From NCBI GenBank assembly GCA_001303415.1, contig LJTN01000006.1, positions 19,759 through 83,758 on the forward strand: a stretch of 64,000 bases of DNA. Direction: 5' to 3'. This document shows positions 49,264 to 58,489 of the stretch, one piece after another. The stretch's first letter is position 1, and every line of letters begins with the position of its first letter. This stretch comes from Myxococcales bacterium SG8_38. GTDB taxonomy: Bacteria > Myxococcota_A > Polyangia > Polyangiales > Houyiibacteriaceae. The notes below the pieces were generated by a model. That model did not search any database and was not told where the DNA came from. It was given only the letters and a program-made list of their open reading frames with translations. Both the position numbers and the translations under genes were made by a program.

Positions 49264-51549
49264 CTATGCGCATCTGCCTTTGTCTCCCAGAAATGCGTCG
49301 GCGATCAAGGCCTGACCGAGCGCGATTCCGCCGTCTCCCGGAGGGACGTCTCGATGCCGTAATACCTCGTATTCATTAGATAAATTTTCCTGGATTTCAG
49401 CGGTCAGGCGGGCGTTGTGAAAAACCCCGCCCGTCAGTACGACCGGCAAAGGCTCTCGGCGCTCCATCAGGGCGCGGACAACCGTCACCGTGGCCCGGGC
49501 CAGAGCCCCATGAAAGCGCGCAGAGATCCTTCCCGGCGGCGCTCCGCGGACGATGTCATCGACTGCCGCTCGCGTGGCAGGACGAAGATCGATCTGCATG
49601 GGCTCCCGGCTTCGATCGATCTCGAACGGATACGGCTCGTCGTCATAGCCATCGGCTGCAAAGTCCCAGGCAATCGCGATCTGCCCTTCGTAGCTCGAAC
49701 GGGGACGTCCGAGCGCAAGCGCGCCAAACGCATCGAAATAGCGGCCTACCCCGTGGGCCTTTGGTGCGTTGAGGTCGCGCGCAATCATCTGAGCCACCAC
49801 GCGAACGGACGCTTCGGGAATCGCGCCGAAAAGCCCGAGCCGGTCGATCGGCGGATCACCATCGAACGCGTCGTGAAGAAGCGCATAGCTCACACGCCAA
49901 ACCTCGCGCATCGCCACGTTTCCTCCGGGCAGAGCAATGGGCCGAAAGGTGGCGAGCCGCTCGAAATTCCCCGCAGAACAAAGGAGAAACTCACCACCCC
50001 AAGAGGTGCCGTCGTCACCCATGCCGGTGCCGTCGAAGGCTACCCCGAGCGCCGGACCCATGCGGCCGTGCTCGGCCAACACGCTCGCGACGTGCGCGTG
50101 ATGATGCTGCACGGCGACGTGCTCGGCGTCTTGACGGGCCAAGGCATAGCGCGTGGATAGATATCCCGGATGAAGATCATGCGCGATCACCTCCGGCTCA
50201 ATCGACAAGATGGTCTGCATTCGCTCGACGGCCTCTTCGAAGAACGCAAGCGCCCCCACCGTTTCCAGATCGCCGATGTGCGGACCGAAGTACGCCGTGT
50301 CTCCTGCCGCCAGGCAGAACGTGTTCTTGAGGTGGGCGCCGCATGCCAACACCGGCCGGCAGAGCGGCTGACGAAGCATGAAGGGCCGAGGCACGAAGCC
50401 TCGCGACCGCCGAATCAGGACCGGCGCGCCTGCCATGATGCGAGCGACCGAATCGTCACAGCGCATAGCGATGTCGCGATCGTGCAGCAGCAGCCCGTCC
50501 GCGATTGTCGCGAGCCGGCGGCGGGCCTCGTCGTTGTCCTTGCAGATCGGCTCGTCCGCGACGTTGGCCGACGTCATGACCAGAGGGCGCCCCACCGCTC
50601 GAAGAAGAAGATGGTGCAGCGGCGTATAGGGAAGAAAAAGCCCCAAAAGTGGCGTGTCGGGGCTCACCTCTGCGGCGATCGGGCCATTGGGCCGTCCCCT
50701 CAGGAGCACGATTGGGCGTTCCGGCGAATCGAGCAGGGCTTCTTCGTCCGCGGTCATCTCGGCTAGAACCTGGGCGGCATCGAGATCGGCGACCATGACT
50801 GCAAAAGGCTTCTCATCGCGCTGCTTGCGCTCGCGAAGCAGTCGAATCGCGTCAGGGCTCGTCGCATCGCACGCCAAGTGAAAACCCCCCAGACCCTTGA
50901 CCGCGACGATCGCACCGCGCCGGAGCAGAGCGGCCGCCCCGTCCAGCGAATCCGTATCAGGCGCCCCGTCGCTGCCGAGCATCTCCAAGCGAAGCGTCGG
51001 TCCACAGGCTGGGCACGCATTGGGCTGCGCATGAAAGCGGCGATTCTCTACGTCGTCGTATTCTCGCCGACAGGCCGGGCACATCTCGAAGCGAGCCATC
51101 GTGGTCGCTGCACGGTCGTACGGAATGCCCATCGCGATCGTGAAGCGCGGGCCACATGCCGTGCAGTTGGTGAAGGCGTAGCGATATCGACGATCGTTCG
51201 GATCGAAGACTTCCGACTCGCACGCCGGGCAAGTTGCGAGGTCAGGCGGGATCGACAGCGCCTTCGACCCGGCCGAATCGCTCGACTCGATCCCGAACTC
51301 GGTCATCCCTTCGTCCGGGATTGGAGTTACCCGCACGTCGACGACTCGTGCCGAAGCCGGCGCATCCTCTTGCAGTCGCATCAAGAATTCGTTGAGATCG
51401 GTTTCAGTCCCAAAGGCCTCGATCAACACTCCGCTCGGCGCGTTTCGGACTCTGCCGGCAACGCCGGTCCGGCGTGCGAGCCGGTAGACCCAAGGCCGGT
51501 AGCCCACGCCCTGCACCGTGCCTCGAACTTCGATCCGCCGCCCAGCCAT
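49264..51549 (-). CDS. hypF: Carbamoyltransferase HypF
   Basis: Acylphosphatase domain 'VRGTVQGVGYRPW', two CxxC-x18-CxxC zinc fingers, and YrdC and Kae1-like domains. The ATG at 51549 overlaps the upstream stop (TGATG). Confidence 0.95.
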   Translation of the reverse strand: MAGRRIEVRGTVQGVGYRPWVYRLARRTGVAGRVRNAPSGVLIEAFGTETDLNEFLMRLQEDAPASARVVDVRVTPIPDEGMTEFGIESSDSAGSKALSIPPDLATCPACESEVFDPNDRRYRYAFTNCTACGPRFTIAMGIPYDRAATTMARFEMCPACRREYDDVENRRFHAQPNACPACGPTLRLEMLGSDGAPDTDSLDGAAALLRRGAIVAVKGLGGFHLACDATSPDAIRLLRERKQRDEKPFAVMVADLDAAQVLAEMTADEEALLDSPERPIVLLRGRPNGPIAAEVSPDTPLLGLFLPYTPLHHLLLRAVGRPLVMTSANVADEPICKDNDEARRRLATIADGLLLHDRDIAMRCDDSVARIMAGAPVLIRRSRGFVPRPFMLRQPLCRPVLACGAHLKNTFCLAAGDTAYFGPHIGDLETVGALAFFEEAVERMQTILSIEPEVIAHDLHPGYLSTRYALARQDAEHVAVQHHHAHVASVLAEHGRMGPALGVAFDGTGMGDDGTSWGGEFLLCSAGNFERLATFRPIALPGGNVAMREVWRVSYALLHDAFDGDPPIDRLGLFGAIPEASVRVVAQMIARDLNAPKAHGVGRYFDAFGALALGRPRSSYEGQIAIAWDFAADGYDDEPYPFEIDRSREPMQIDLRPATRAAVDDIVRGAPPGRISARFHGALARATVTVVRALMERREPLPVVLTGGVFHNARLTAEIQENLSNEYEVLRHRDVPPGDGGIALGQALIADAFLGDKGRCA

Positions 51550-51944
51550 CAAGGTCCGTCCTCAGCCACGCTGAGGACGTAGGCCACCACGTCCCATTTC
51601 TGCTCTTCGGTCAACGTGGGCCACGCGGGCATCGAGGTGCCCTGCTTACCTTCGCTCAGGACCTGGAACACGTACTTCGGCGTTACGCTTTGTCGCCATT
51701 GCGGGCGTTGGAAGTTGGTCGGCGGGTTCGACAAACCCTTGCGTCGCACTCCGTGTCCGTCGGCTTCCCGGCCATGGCAAAGTGCGCATTTTGCCCGATA
51801 GATCTCGCGTCCTCGCGCCCGCGCCTCGTCGGACGCGATCCGGTCCATCGGGACCTGCATGTGCTCGTACTCGCTGCTGATCCGATCCTCGGTCCTACAC
51901 GCCAAGAGTGCGAGCAAGATGAGCGTAGCTGTCGTTCGCTTCAT
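51549..51944 (-). CDS. Monohaem c-type cytochrome, lipoprotein
   Basis: Lipobox 'LLALLAC', 'CALCHG' haem-binding site and a distal 'GTSMPAW' Met ligand region. Confidence 0.8.
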   Translation of the reverse strand: MKRTTATLILLALLACRTEDRISSEYEHMQVPMDRIASDEARARGREIYRAKCALCHGREADGHGVRRKGLSNPPTNFQRPQWRQSVTPKYVFQVLSEGKQGTSMPAWPTLTEEQKWDVVAYVLSVAEDGP

Positions 51945-52440
51945 CGTGGTTCTCCGATCGGACCGGCGGATACCCGAGTGAGGTCAGCTCTTGCACCACC
52001 CGCTCCACGAGCTCCGGAATGCTCGCCTCGACGGGCGGCGTTCGCTCCGTCCCGAGGTCGATCGAGTCCGGCACGACACCGAGAATCACCACGCGATCCG
52101 GGTACCGGTCCAGCAAGCTGGCGCCGGCAAGGAGGTCCGCGACGCCGATTTGATGAGGTGATAGACGCTCGTAAACCGCCGGCGCGACGTCGTCGCCCTC
52201 GATGCGAACCAGCGTACCGGGAGGGCCCTCGGCACTGACCGCGTCGACCAGGATCACTTGGTCGGCGCTGTCTACGAGCGGCAATAGCGAAAGCCCGAGG
52301 GTGCCCCCATCGACGGCCAAGACGCCCTCGGGCAAATCGTACTCCCGGATCAGCTTGTGGATTGCAGCAATACCGGCGCCATCGTCCGTGCACACCACGT
52401 TGCCGAGGCCCAAGACGAGCACCGGTATGCGATCATTCAT
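51895..52440 (-). CDS. hupD: [NiFe]-hydrogenase maturation endopeptidase (HyaD/HupD family)
   Basis: 'VLVLGLGNVVCTDDGAG', 'VILVDAV' and 'SPHQIG' motifs. The 3' end overlaps the cytochrome c start by 50 nt. Confidence 0.88.
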   Translation of the reverse strand: MNDRIPVLVLGLGNVVCTDDGAGIAAIHKLIREYDLPEGVLAVDGGTLGLSLLPLVDSADQVILVDAVSAEGPPGTLVRIEGDDVAPAVYERLSPHQIGVADLLAGASLLDRYPDRVVILGVVPDSIDLGTERTPPVEASIPELVERVVQELTSLGYPPVRSENHDEANDSYAHLARTLGV

Positions 52441-53167
52441 CGCGCTTGCGCCAACCCTTTGGCAGCCACTTGTATCCACTGAACATGGAGTCGATGAGGC
52501 CCATGCCTTCGACCCGCGACACGAGCATGGCGCTCCAGATGTGGTGAGCAAAGAACCCCAGGAGGAACCACATCGCGATGTGGTGGATCCAACGCGCAGT
52601 TTGCGGGCCGCCGAAAAGCGGCAAGAACCAACCTCCGATTTCCCGCATGTAGCCCCCGTACTCGAGCCCGGCATTCACGGAGTAGAGGGCCAGCCCCGTC
52701 AGAATCATCACGAAGTAGAGCCCGAACACGGCGATGTAGGTGAGGCCGGCGAGGGGATTGTGGCCCACGTTCATCGGCGGCTTGCTGCTCAAGAACGTGT
52801 AGAACTTCAACATTCGAAACACGTCCCTGCGACGTCGGGCTCCGATCGGGAAGAACTGGTCCCATCGCGCATAGTGCGAGCCGACGAACATCCAGGCGAC
52901 CCGGACCAAAACGGTCAGGGTGAAGATGATCGCGGCATAGAAGTGCACTATGCGCATGTTCGTCATCACGAGTTGCTCCGCTTCGGGTCCCCTCGGAATG
53001 TAGAACGGCTTCCCGATGTAGATCCCGGTGACTGCGAGCAGCAAGAGCGAGAGCATGATGATCCAGTGGCTCAAGCGCACCACCAGATCCCACACGTAGA
53101 CCCGTTCGAGCTCCGCGTGATGGGGCGGGCGTGCGCCCTCGGCAACCGAAGTGCTTGGCGGGCTCAT
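52433..53167 (-). CDS. hupC: Ni/Fe-hydrogenase b-type cytochrome subunit
   Basis: 'YVWDLVVRLSHWIIM', four TM helices with conserved His. ATGA overlap with the hupL stop. Confidence 0.9.
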   Translation of the reverse strand: MSPPSTSVAEGARPPHHAELERVYVWDLVVRLSHWIIMLSLLLLAVTGIYIGKPFYIPRGPEAEQLVMTNMRIVHFYAAIIFTLTVLVRVAWMFVGSHYARWDQFFPIGARRRRDVFRMLKFYTFLSSKPPMNVGHNPLAGLTYIAVFGLYFVMILTGLALYSVNAGLEYGGYMREIGGWFLPLFGGPQTARWIHHIAMWFLLGFFAHHIWSAMLVSRVEGMGLIDSMFSGYKWLPKGWRKRDE

Positions 53168-54870
53168 CGGACCTTCACGCGAGTCACCTCGCGCCCTCCA
53201 GTATCGACGACGTGCACGCCGCAGGCCATGCACGGGTCGAAGGAATGAACCGTCCGAAGGATCTCGATCGGTTGCTCCGGATTGGCGATTGGCGTCCCCA
53301 AGAGCGCCGCCTCGTACGGGCCGGGTGTTTCGCCCTCGTCTCGCGGCCCCGCGTTCCAGGTGCTCGGAACGACACACTGGTATCGTGCAATCTTGCCGTC
53401 TTTGACGTGCACCCAATGGCTGAGTGATCCGCGCGGCGCTTCGTGGAAGCCGGCGCCCATCGAGTCCTTCGGCCACGAGGCGGGCTCCCACTTGCTGTTG
53501 TCGTGGATCCGAAGCTCGCCCTTGCCCATGTTGGCTGCGAGCTCGTCGGTGAAGTCCCCGATCTTGTCGACAAGGATCTTCGTCTCGATGCCGCGCGCCG
53601 CAACGCGACCGAGCGTCGAGAAGAGCGCTGCAGGACCAACCTCGAGCTTCCCGAGCACGGCGTCGACCAGCCCTTTGACTTGCTCGTGGCCGCGAGCGTA
53701 CGCCACCAGCATCCGCGCCAGCGGACCGACCTCCATCGGAACGCCGTCGTATCGCGGCGACTTCAGCCAGGAGTACTTACCGTCGGTGTTGAGTCGTTCG
53801 TAGGGCGGCTCGGGTCCGGTGTACGTGGGCTTGGTCTGACCCTGCGACGGGTGCAGGGTTTGATCGTCTCCGCCGTCGTATTCATACCAGGAGTGCTTGA
53901 TCGCCTCGGTGATCTTGGACGGATCGAAGTCCTCCACCTTCGAGAGATCGCGGTTGCGAATGATTCCCGAGGGCAAGAACTTCTCGGGGTCGGCCTCGTC
54001 GCTCAGGGGATACTCCCCGAAGACCATGTAGTTGCCGGTGCCTGCGCCAATTCCAGCCCAGTCCTTGTAGAAGGATGCAACGGCCAAAAGGTCGGGGATG
54101 TACACCTTGCTCACGAACTCCTGCGCGCCGGCGATGAGCTTCTTGAACTGCGCGATCGTATGGATGTTGAGCGAAGCCTGATGGTTGGGATCGACGGGAG
54201 TCGCCATGCCACCCACCAAGAAGCTCTGTAGGTGCGGGTTCTTGCCGCCGAGAATCGCGTGCATCTTGATGAACTCTCGCTGCCAGTCGAGGGCCTCGAG
54301 ATAGTGCGCAACGGCCATGAGGTTTGCTTCCGGGGGAAGCTTGTATGCGGGATGGCCCCAGTACGCGTTCGCGAAGGGACCGAGCTGGCCCCGTTCGACC
54401 AGGCTCTTCACGCGGTCCTGGATGCCCTTGAAGTACGTCGCGCTCGACTTGCCCCAATCCGAGATCGACATGGCGAGGTCGGACGTGGCCTTCGGGTCTG
54501 CTTCGAGCGCCGACACGATGTCGACCCAATCGAGGGCATGCAAATGATAGAAATGAATGACGTGGTCCTGGATGCACTGCGCCGCAATGATCAGGTTGCG
54601 CAAGAGCCGCGCGTTGGGTGGAGGCTTTGCCCCGATCGCATCCTCGACCGCCCGGATCGACGCGATGGCATGCACCGTCGTGCAGACCCCGCAGATGCGC
54701 TGCGTGAATGCCCATGCATCTCGGGGATCTCTTCCCTGCAAAATGATCTCGATGCCGCGAAACATGGTCGAGGACGACCATGCGTTGGCGACTTTCCCTC
54801 CATCGACCTCGGCTTCGATGCGTAGGTGGCCTTCGATGCGGGTCACGGGATCGACGACGATATGGGTCAT
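53164..54870 (-). CDS. hupL: [NiFe]-hydrogenase large subunit (group 1, uptake type)
   Basis: 'DPVTRIEGHLRIE', N-terminal 'RICGVCTTVH', and C-terminal 'DPCMACGVH' followed by a 15-aa cleavable tail. Confidence 0.96.
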   Translation of the reverse strand: MTHIVVDPVTRIEGHLRIEAEVDGGKVANAWSSSTMFRGIEIILQGRDPRDAWAFTQRICGVCTTVHAIASIRAVEDAIGAKPPPNARLLRNLIIAAQCIQDHVIHFYHLHALDWVDIVSALEADPKATSDLAMSISDWGKSSATYFKGIQDRVKSLVERGQLGPFANAYWGHPAYKLPPEANLMAVAHYLEALDWQREFIKMHAILGGKNPHLQSFLVGGMATPVDPNHQASLNIHTIAQFKKLIAGAQEFVSKVYIPDLLAVASFYKDWAGIGAGTGNYMVFGEYPLSDEADPEKFLPSGIIRNRDLSKVEDFDPSKITEAIKHSWYEYDGGDDQTLHPSQGQTKPTYTGPEPPYERLNTDGKYSWLKSPRYDGVPMEVGPLARMLVAYARGHEQVKGLVDAVLGKLEVGPAALFSTLGRVAARGIETKILVDKIGDFTDELAANMGKGELRIHDNSKWEPASWPKDSMGAGFHEAPRGSLSHWVHVKDGKIARYQCVVPSTWNAGPRDEGETPGPYEAALLGTPIANPEQPIEILRTVHSFDPCMACGVHVVDTGGREVTRVKVR

Positions 54871-55991
54871 GCCTCACCTCCTTTGGGATTGACGTTGGGG
54901 TCGGCGGGCGTGTCCTTCCCCGATTGCATGCGCTTCTTCCCGAGATGCACCAGTGTGTGTCCGGCGAACGCGGTCGTAACGCCGATGGTCGCCCAAAAGC
55001 CCACCTTGTCGATGTTGGAGCCCTTGCCGAAGCCGGGGAATCCTGGAATGTGCGCGTAGAACGGAGTCATCTTGTCCCAGAAGTCAGGCTCGGCGCAGCC
55101 GATGCAGCCGTGGCCGCACGCAATGGGCCAACTCGTGTTGTCGTTCCAACCGACGTTGGGACAGTTTTGGAACGTGACCGGGCCCTTGCATCCCATCTTG
55201 TATAGGCATTGTCCCTCACGGTGCGCTTCGTCGCCCCATTGCTCCACGAACTGGCCCGAGTTGTAGTGGGAGCGGCGCTCGCACGCGTCGTGAATCGACT
55301 TGCCGTACGCAAACAGGGGCCGATTGAGCTTGTCTAGCGCAGGCCAGTCGCCGTAGGTCAAATAGTAGACCAACGTGGCGGTCATGTTCTGCGCATTCAT
55401 CGGGCAAGCAGACAGATTGATCAGCTTCTTGATTCCCGGAACCGCATCGCCGACGCCGAGCGCGCCGGTAGGATTCGGCGAGGCTGCGGGAATTCCGCCG
55501 AAAGTCGCGCAAGTGCCCGCCGCGATCGTCGCCGCCGCATTACCACATACCTCGCGCGCGATGTCGATCGCCGCTCGTCCACCGACCGTGCAATATGCGC
55601 CATTGGCGCCGGTTGGAATCGAGCCTTCGACGACCGCGATGTACTTGCCTTTTTGATTCTCGACGACCGCGCGAAGGTTTGCTTCGGCTTGATGACCAGC
55701 GGCTGCCATGATCACTTCGTGATAGTCGATCGAGATCAAGTCGAGGATCACTTCGGCAGCGGTCGGTTTGCTCGCACGCAGGAAGGACTCGGTGTTGCCC
55801 GCGCAGTCTTGATAGTTGAGCCAGACCAGCGTCGGCTTCGGATTGTTTTCGATTGCCTCGGCGATCATCGCTGTCGCGCCTTTCGGCAATCCAAACGCCA
55901 CTGCCATCGCAGAGCAAAAGCCCATGAACTCGCGACGCGAAACTCCACGAGCCGCCAGCTCCCGACGGAAGTCGCTTTGCAATTTACCCAT
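54867..55991 (-). CDS. hupS: [NiFe]-hydrogenase small subunit, Tat-exported, with C-terminal membrane anchor
   Basis: Twin-arginine 'SRREFMGF'. Fe-S ligand blocks 'GTCATFGG', 'SACP', 'HDACERRSH', 'CLYKMGCKGP' and 'CGHGCIGC'. The first proximal motif reads 'DCAGNTES'. Confidence 0.95.
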   Translation of the reverse strand: MGKLQSDFRRELAARGVSRREFMGFCSAMAVAFGLPKGATAMIAEAIENNPKPTLVWLNYQDCAGNTESFLRASKPTAAEVILDLISIDYHEVIMAAAGHQAEANLRAVVENQKGKYIAVVEGSIPTGANGAYCTVGGRAAIDIAREVCGNAAATIAAGTCATFGGIPAASPNPTGALGVGDAVPGIKKLINLSACPMNAQNMTATLVYYLTYGDWPALDKLNRPLFAYGKSIHDACERRSHYNSGQFVEQWGDEAHREGQCLYKMGCKGPVTFQNCPNVGWNDNTSWPIACGHGCIGCAEPDFWDKMTPFYAHIPGFPGFGKGSNIDKVGFWATIGVTTAFAGHTLVHLGKKRMQSGKDTPADPNVNPKGGEA

Positions 55992-56202
55992 TGCACCCTC
56001 CTTGCTGTTCAGAGCAGAGCGGCGGCAGTGGTTGCAACAGCCGCCCGGTTTTGTGCGACTCTAACGCCGCGCAATAGGAAAAAACAAGGTTCTCTCGACT
56101 GTTGAGAGCCGTTTTCCCTCCGCTGCGCGCTTCTTTCGCCTGAGGGCAGATCCGCGCAAGATTTGCGCCCGCAAACCATGTCCATTGTACCATGATTTGC
56201 CT

Positions 56203-57474
56203 ATGTCCATCGGTCCGAGAGCGCGCGGGTTCTTCGAAGTCGTCCAGGGATACATCGAGCGGGCAGCCGAGCTCACGCGCTTGCCAAGTCACATCAAGGA
56301 CATCCTGGCCCAGCCCAAGAACGAGCTGATCGTGAACTTCCCTGTGCGCATGGACGATGGATCGTTACGGGTGTTCAAGGGCTATCGCATTCAACACAAC
56401 AACATCATGGGCCCGTACAAAGGAGGCGTCCGCTACCACCACCAGGTCAGCCTCGACGAGCTCAAGGGGCTGGCGACGCAGATGACTTGGAAGTGCGCGC
56501 TGCTAGGCATTCCTTTCGGTGGCGCCAAGGGAGGAATCAAATTCAATCCTCGAGAGCATTCGGTCGACGAGCTCCGCAGGATCACCCGCCGTTTCACCCA
56601 CGCGCTAGGGAACAACATCGGCCCAGCGCATGACATTCCTGCGCCCGACGTGGGAACGAATGCCCAGACCATGGTCTGGATGATGGACACGTACATCAAT
56701 ACGGGTTCGACGTACGAGAAGAACGATCAGCGGGCCGTCGTCACGGGCAAGACGATCAACGCAGGTGGCTCCGAAGGGCGGGAGCAAGCGACGGGTCAGG
56801 GCGTCGTGTATTGCATCAAGGAGTGGGCACGCGAAGCTCGCTTGGACTTAGAAGGGTCGACCGCGATAGTCCAAGGATTCGGAAACGTCGGATCCAACAC
56901 GGCGCTGCTGCTGGCAAAGCTAGGCGTTTCGACGATCGCAACCGGAGATCACACGGGGTACCTGCGCAACGAAGAGGGTTTCAATGCCCACAAGCTGCAA
57001 GAGTACGTTCGGACGCACGGCTCGATCGAGGGATACCCTCGAGGCGAGCAGATTACGCGCGAAGAATTCTTCGAGACCAAGGCTGACCTATTCATTCCCG
57101 CAGCGCTTGAGAACCAGGTGGGCGCAAGCGAGGCGATCAAGCTCGACGTGCGTCTGATTGCCGAAGGCGCCAACGGTCCCATCAACCCCGAGGGCGAAGC
57201 CGTTCTAGCCGACCGCGGCATCCCGGTGATACCGGACATCCTGGCGAACTCTGGCGGCGTCACCGTGAGCTACTACGAGTGGGTGCAGAACCGAAACAGC
57301 GAGCACTGGGATGCTGAAGAAGTTCAACGGAAGCTGTTGCACATGATGCGCCGGGCCTATCAGCGCACCATGTTCTATGCAGCGGAAAAGAAAGTGAATC
57401 CTCGTGTCGCCGCGTACGCATTGGCGCTCGAGAGCCTCGCCACGTCGTACGACGAGCGAGGTATCTTCCCTTGA
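56203..57474 (+). CDS. gdhA: Glutamate dehydrogenase (Glu/Leu/Phe/Val dehydrogenase family)
   Basis: 'GPYKGGVRYH', catalytic 'GGAKGGI' and the Rossmann motif 'VQGFGNVGS'. The start could be 56185 or 56203. Confidence 0.92.
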   Translation: MSIGPRARGFFEVVQGYIERAAELTRLPSHIKDILAQPKNELIVNFPVRMDDGSLRVFKGYRIQHNNIMGPYKGGVRYHHQVSLDELKGLATQMTWKCALLGIPFGGAKGGIKFNPREHSVDELRRITRRFTHALGNNIGPAHDIPAPDVGTNAQTMVWMMDTYINTGSTYEKNDQRAVVTGKTINAGGSEGREQATGQGVVYCIKEWAREARLDLEGSTAIVQGFGNVGSNTALLLAKLGVSTIATGDHTGYLRNEEGFNAHKLQEYVRTHGSIEGYPRGEQITREEFFETKADLFIPAALENQVGASEAIKLDVRLIAEGANGPINPEGEAVLADRGIPVIPDILANSGGVTVSYYEWVQNRNSEHWDAEEVQRKLLHMMRRAYQRTMFYAAEKKVNPRVAAYALALESLATSYDERGIFP

Positions 57475-57564
57475 ATAGTCTGGAATTCTTGGAGGCGGCC
57501 CGTCTCTGACCGGACCTAGGGGGCGCCTTGACAACGTCGCCGTCCGGAAGCACTTCCCTGAGTC

Positions 57565-58479
57565 ATGGTGGCACAGGCAGTCTTCGAAGGCATCATTCCC
57601 GAAGAGGGAATCGGAGAGCTGCTGGGGGGTCTCGAAGAGATCGGCACGACGGGCGTCCTCGCGTTTCAGAGCACGGCCGGCTCGGGCACGATTCGTCTTT
57701 TGCACGGGCAGATCGCCGACCGCGAAGCGACCGCGGAAGAGGAGCGAGCGCTCGAGATTCTGCTGTCCTTGCGGGAAGGGCAGTTCGCCGTCTACCCCAA
57801 GCTTCCGCACCTCCCAGTCTCGCGGGGAACCGATACGACGCGTCGCGGGTCGCTCGCGGTGCACCCCCCAACCGAGCTGATGCGCTACTGCGAGAATGCG
57901 GGTCTCACCGGACGGCTGCTCCTCGAGCATCGCGGCCGGCTTGCCATCGGATACTACGAAAAGGGCGAGCTCGTGGACGTGAGCATCGACGGCGGCACCG
58001 CGGGCGATTTCGTCGCTGCGCTCGAATGGACCGAGGGCACGTTTCGGGTGGACGCCGTTCCGCCCCCGCGCGAGACGCTCCCTGCTTCGCTCCGGAACAC
58101 GACCACCGACGCGCCTCCGAAGAACCCAACGCAGCTTCCCTTGTTGCAGGCCTTCGAGGCGGGGCTCGCCGAGATGGGCCGGCGCGACGATACACCCGTC
58201 TCGGGGCTGAGCCCACGAATGGACGAGCGCGACGAGGACGCCACCATCCGCGTGATACGCAGGCCCGGAAGGGACGACTTGGACGAGCCCCGCGAGCGCT
58301 GGGACGCTCTCGACTATTCTCCCTCCTTTCCGACGGAATCTGCTACAACAGAGCCCGTGAAGCCGAAAGACGACGGAAGGCCGATTGGTTTCTGGCGAAC
58401 GCTGGGCTGGGTTGCTGCCGTCTTCGTGGTGGTATCCGGCTGCCTTTGGTTCCTCGCGTCGCTCCCGCCGCTGGAGTAG
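57565..58479 (+). CDS. DUF4388 (PATAN-like) repeat protein with C-terminal TM anchor
   Basis: Two DUF4388-like units ('GTTGVLAFQS...GTIRLLHGQI' and 'GLTGRLLLEH...AIGYYEKGELV') and a C-terminal helix 'LGWVAAVFVVVSGCLWFLA'. Confidence 0.6.
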   Translation: MVAQAVFEGIIPEEGIGELLGGLEEIGTTGVLAFQSTAGSGTIRLLHGQIADREATAEEERALEILLSLREGQFAVYPKLPHLPVSRGTDTTRRGSLAVHPPTELMRYCENAGLTGRLLLEHRGRLAIGYYEKGELVDVSIDGGTAGDFVAALEWTEGTFRVDAVPPPRETLPASLRNTTTDAPPKNPTQLPLLQAFEAGLAEMGRRDDTPVSGLSPRMDERDEDATIRVIRRPGRDDLDEPRERWDALDYSPSFPTESATTEPVKPKDDGRPIGFWRTLGWVAAVFVVVSGCLWFLASLPPLE

Positions 58480-58489
58480 TCTGGGCGGC

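Noticed and set aside
55992-56202. Sigma-54-type promoter (TGGCAC-N5-TTGC) for the hydrogenase operon. A similar TGGCA-containing site at 43040-43060 was also considered.
   Set aside because: The GG/GC-like elements found (for example TGGACATGGTTTGC on the minus strand, and TGGCAGCTCGAAGCTT) have GG-to-GC spacing one nt shorter than the consensus and are poorly positioned. This is not convincing without a PWM scan.
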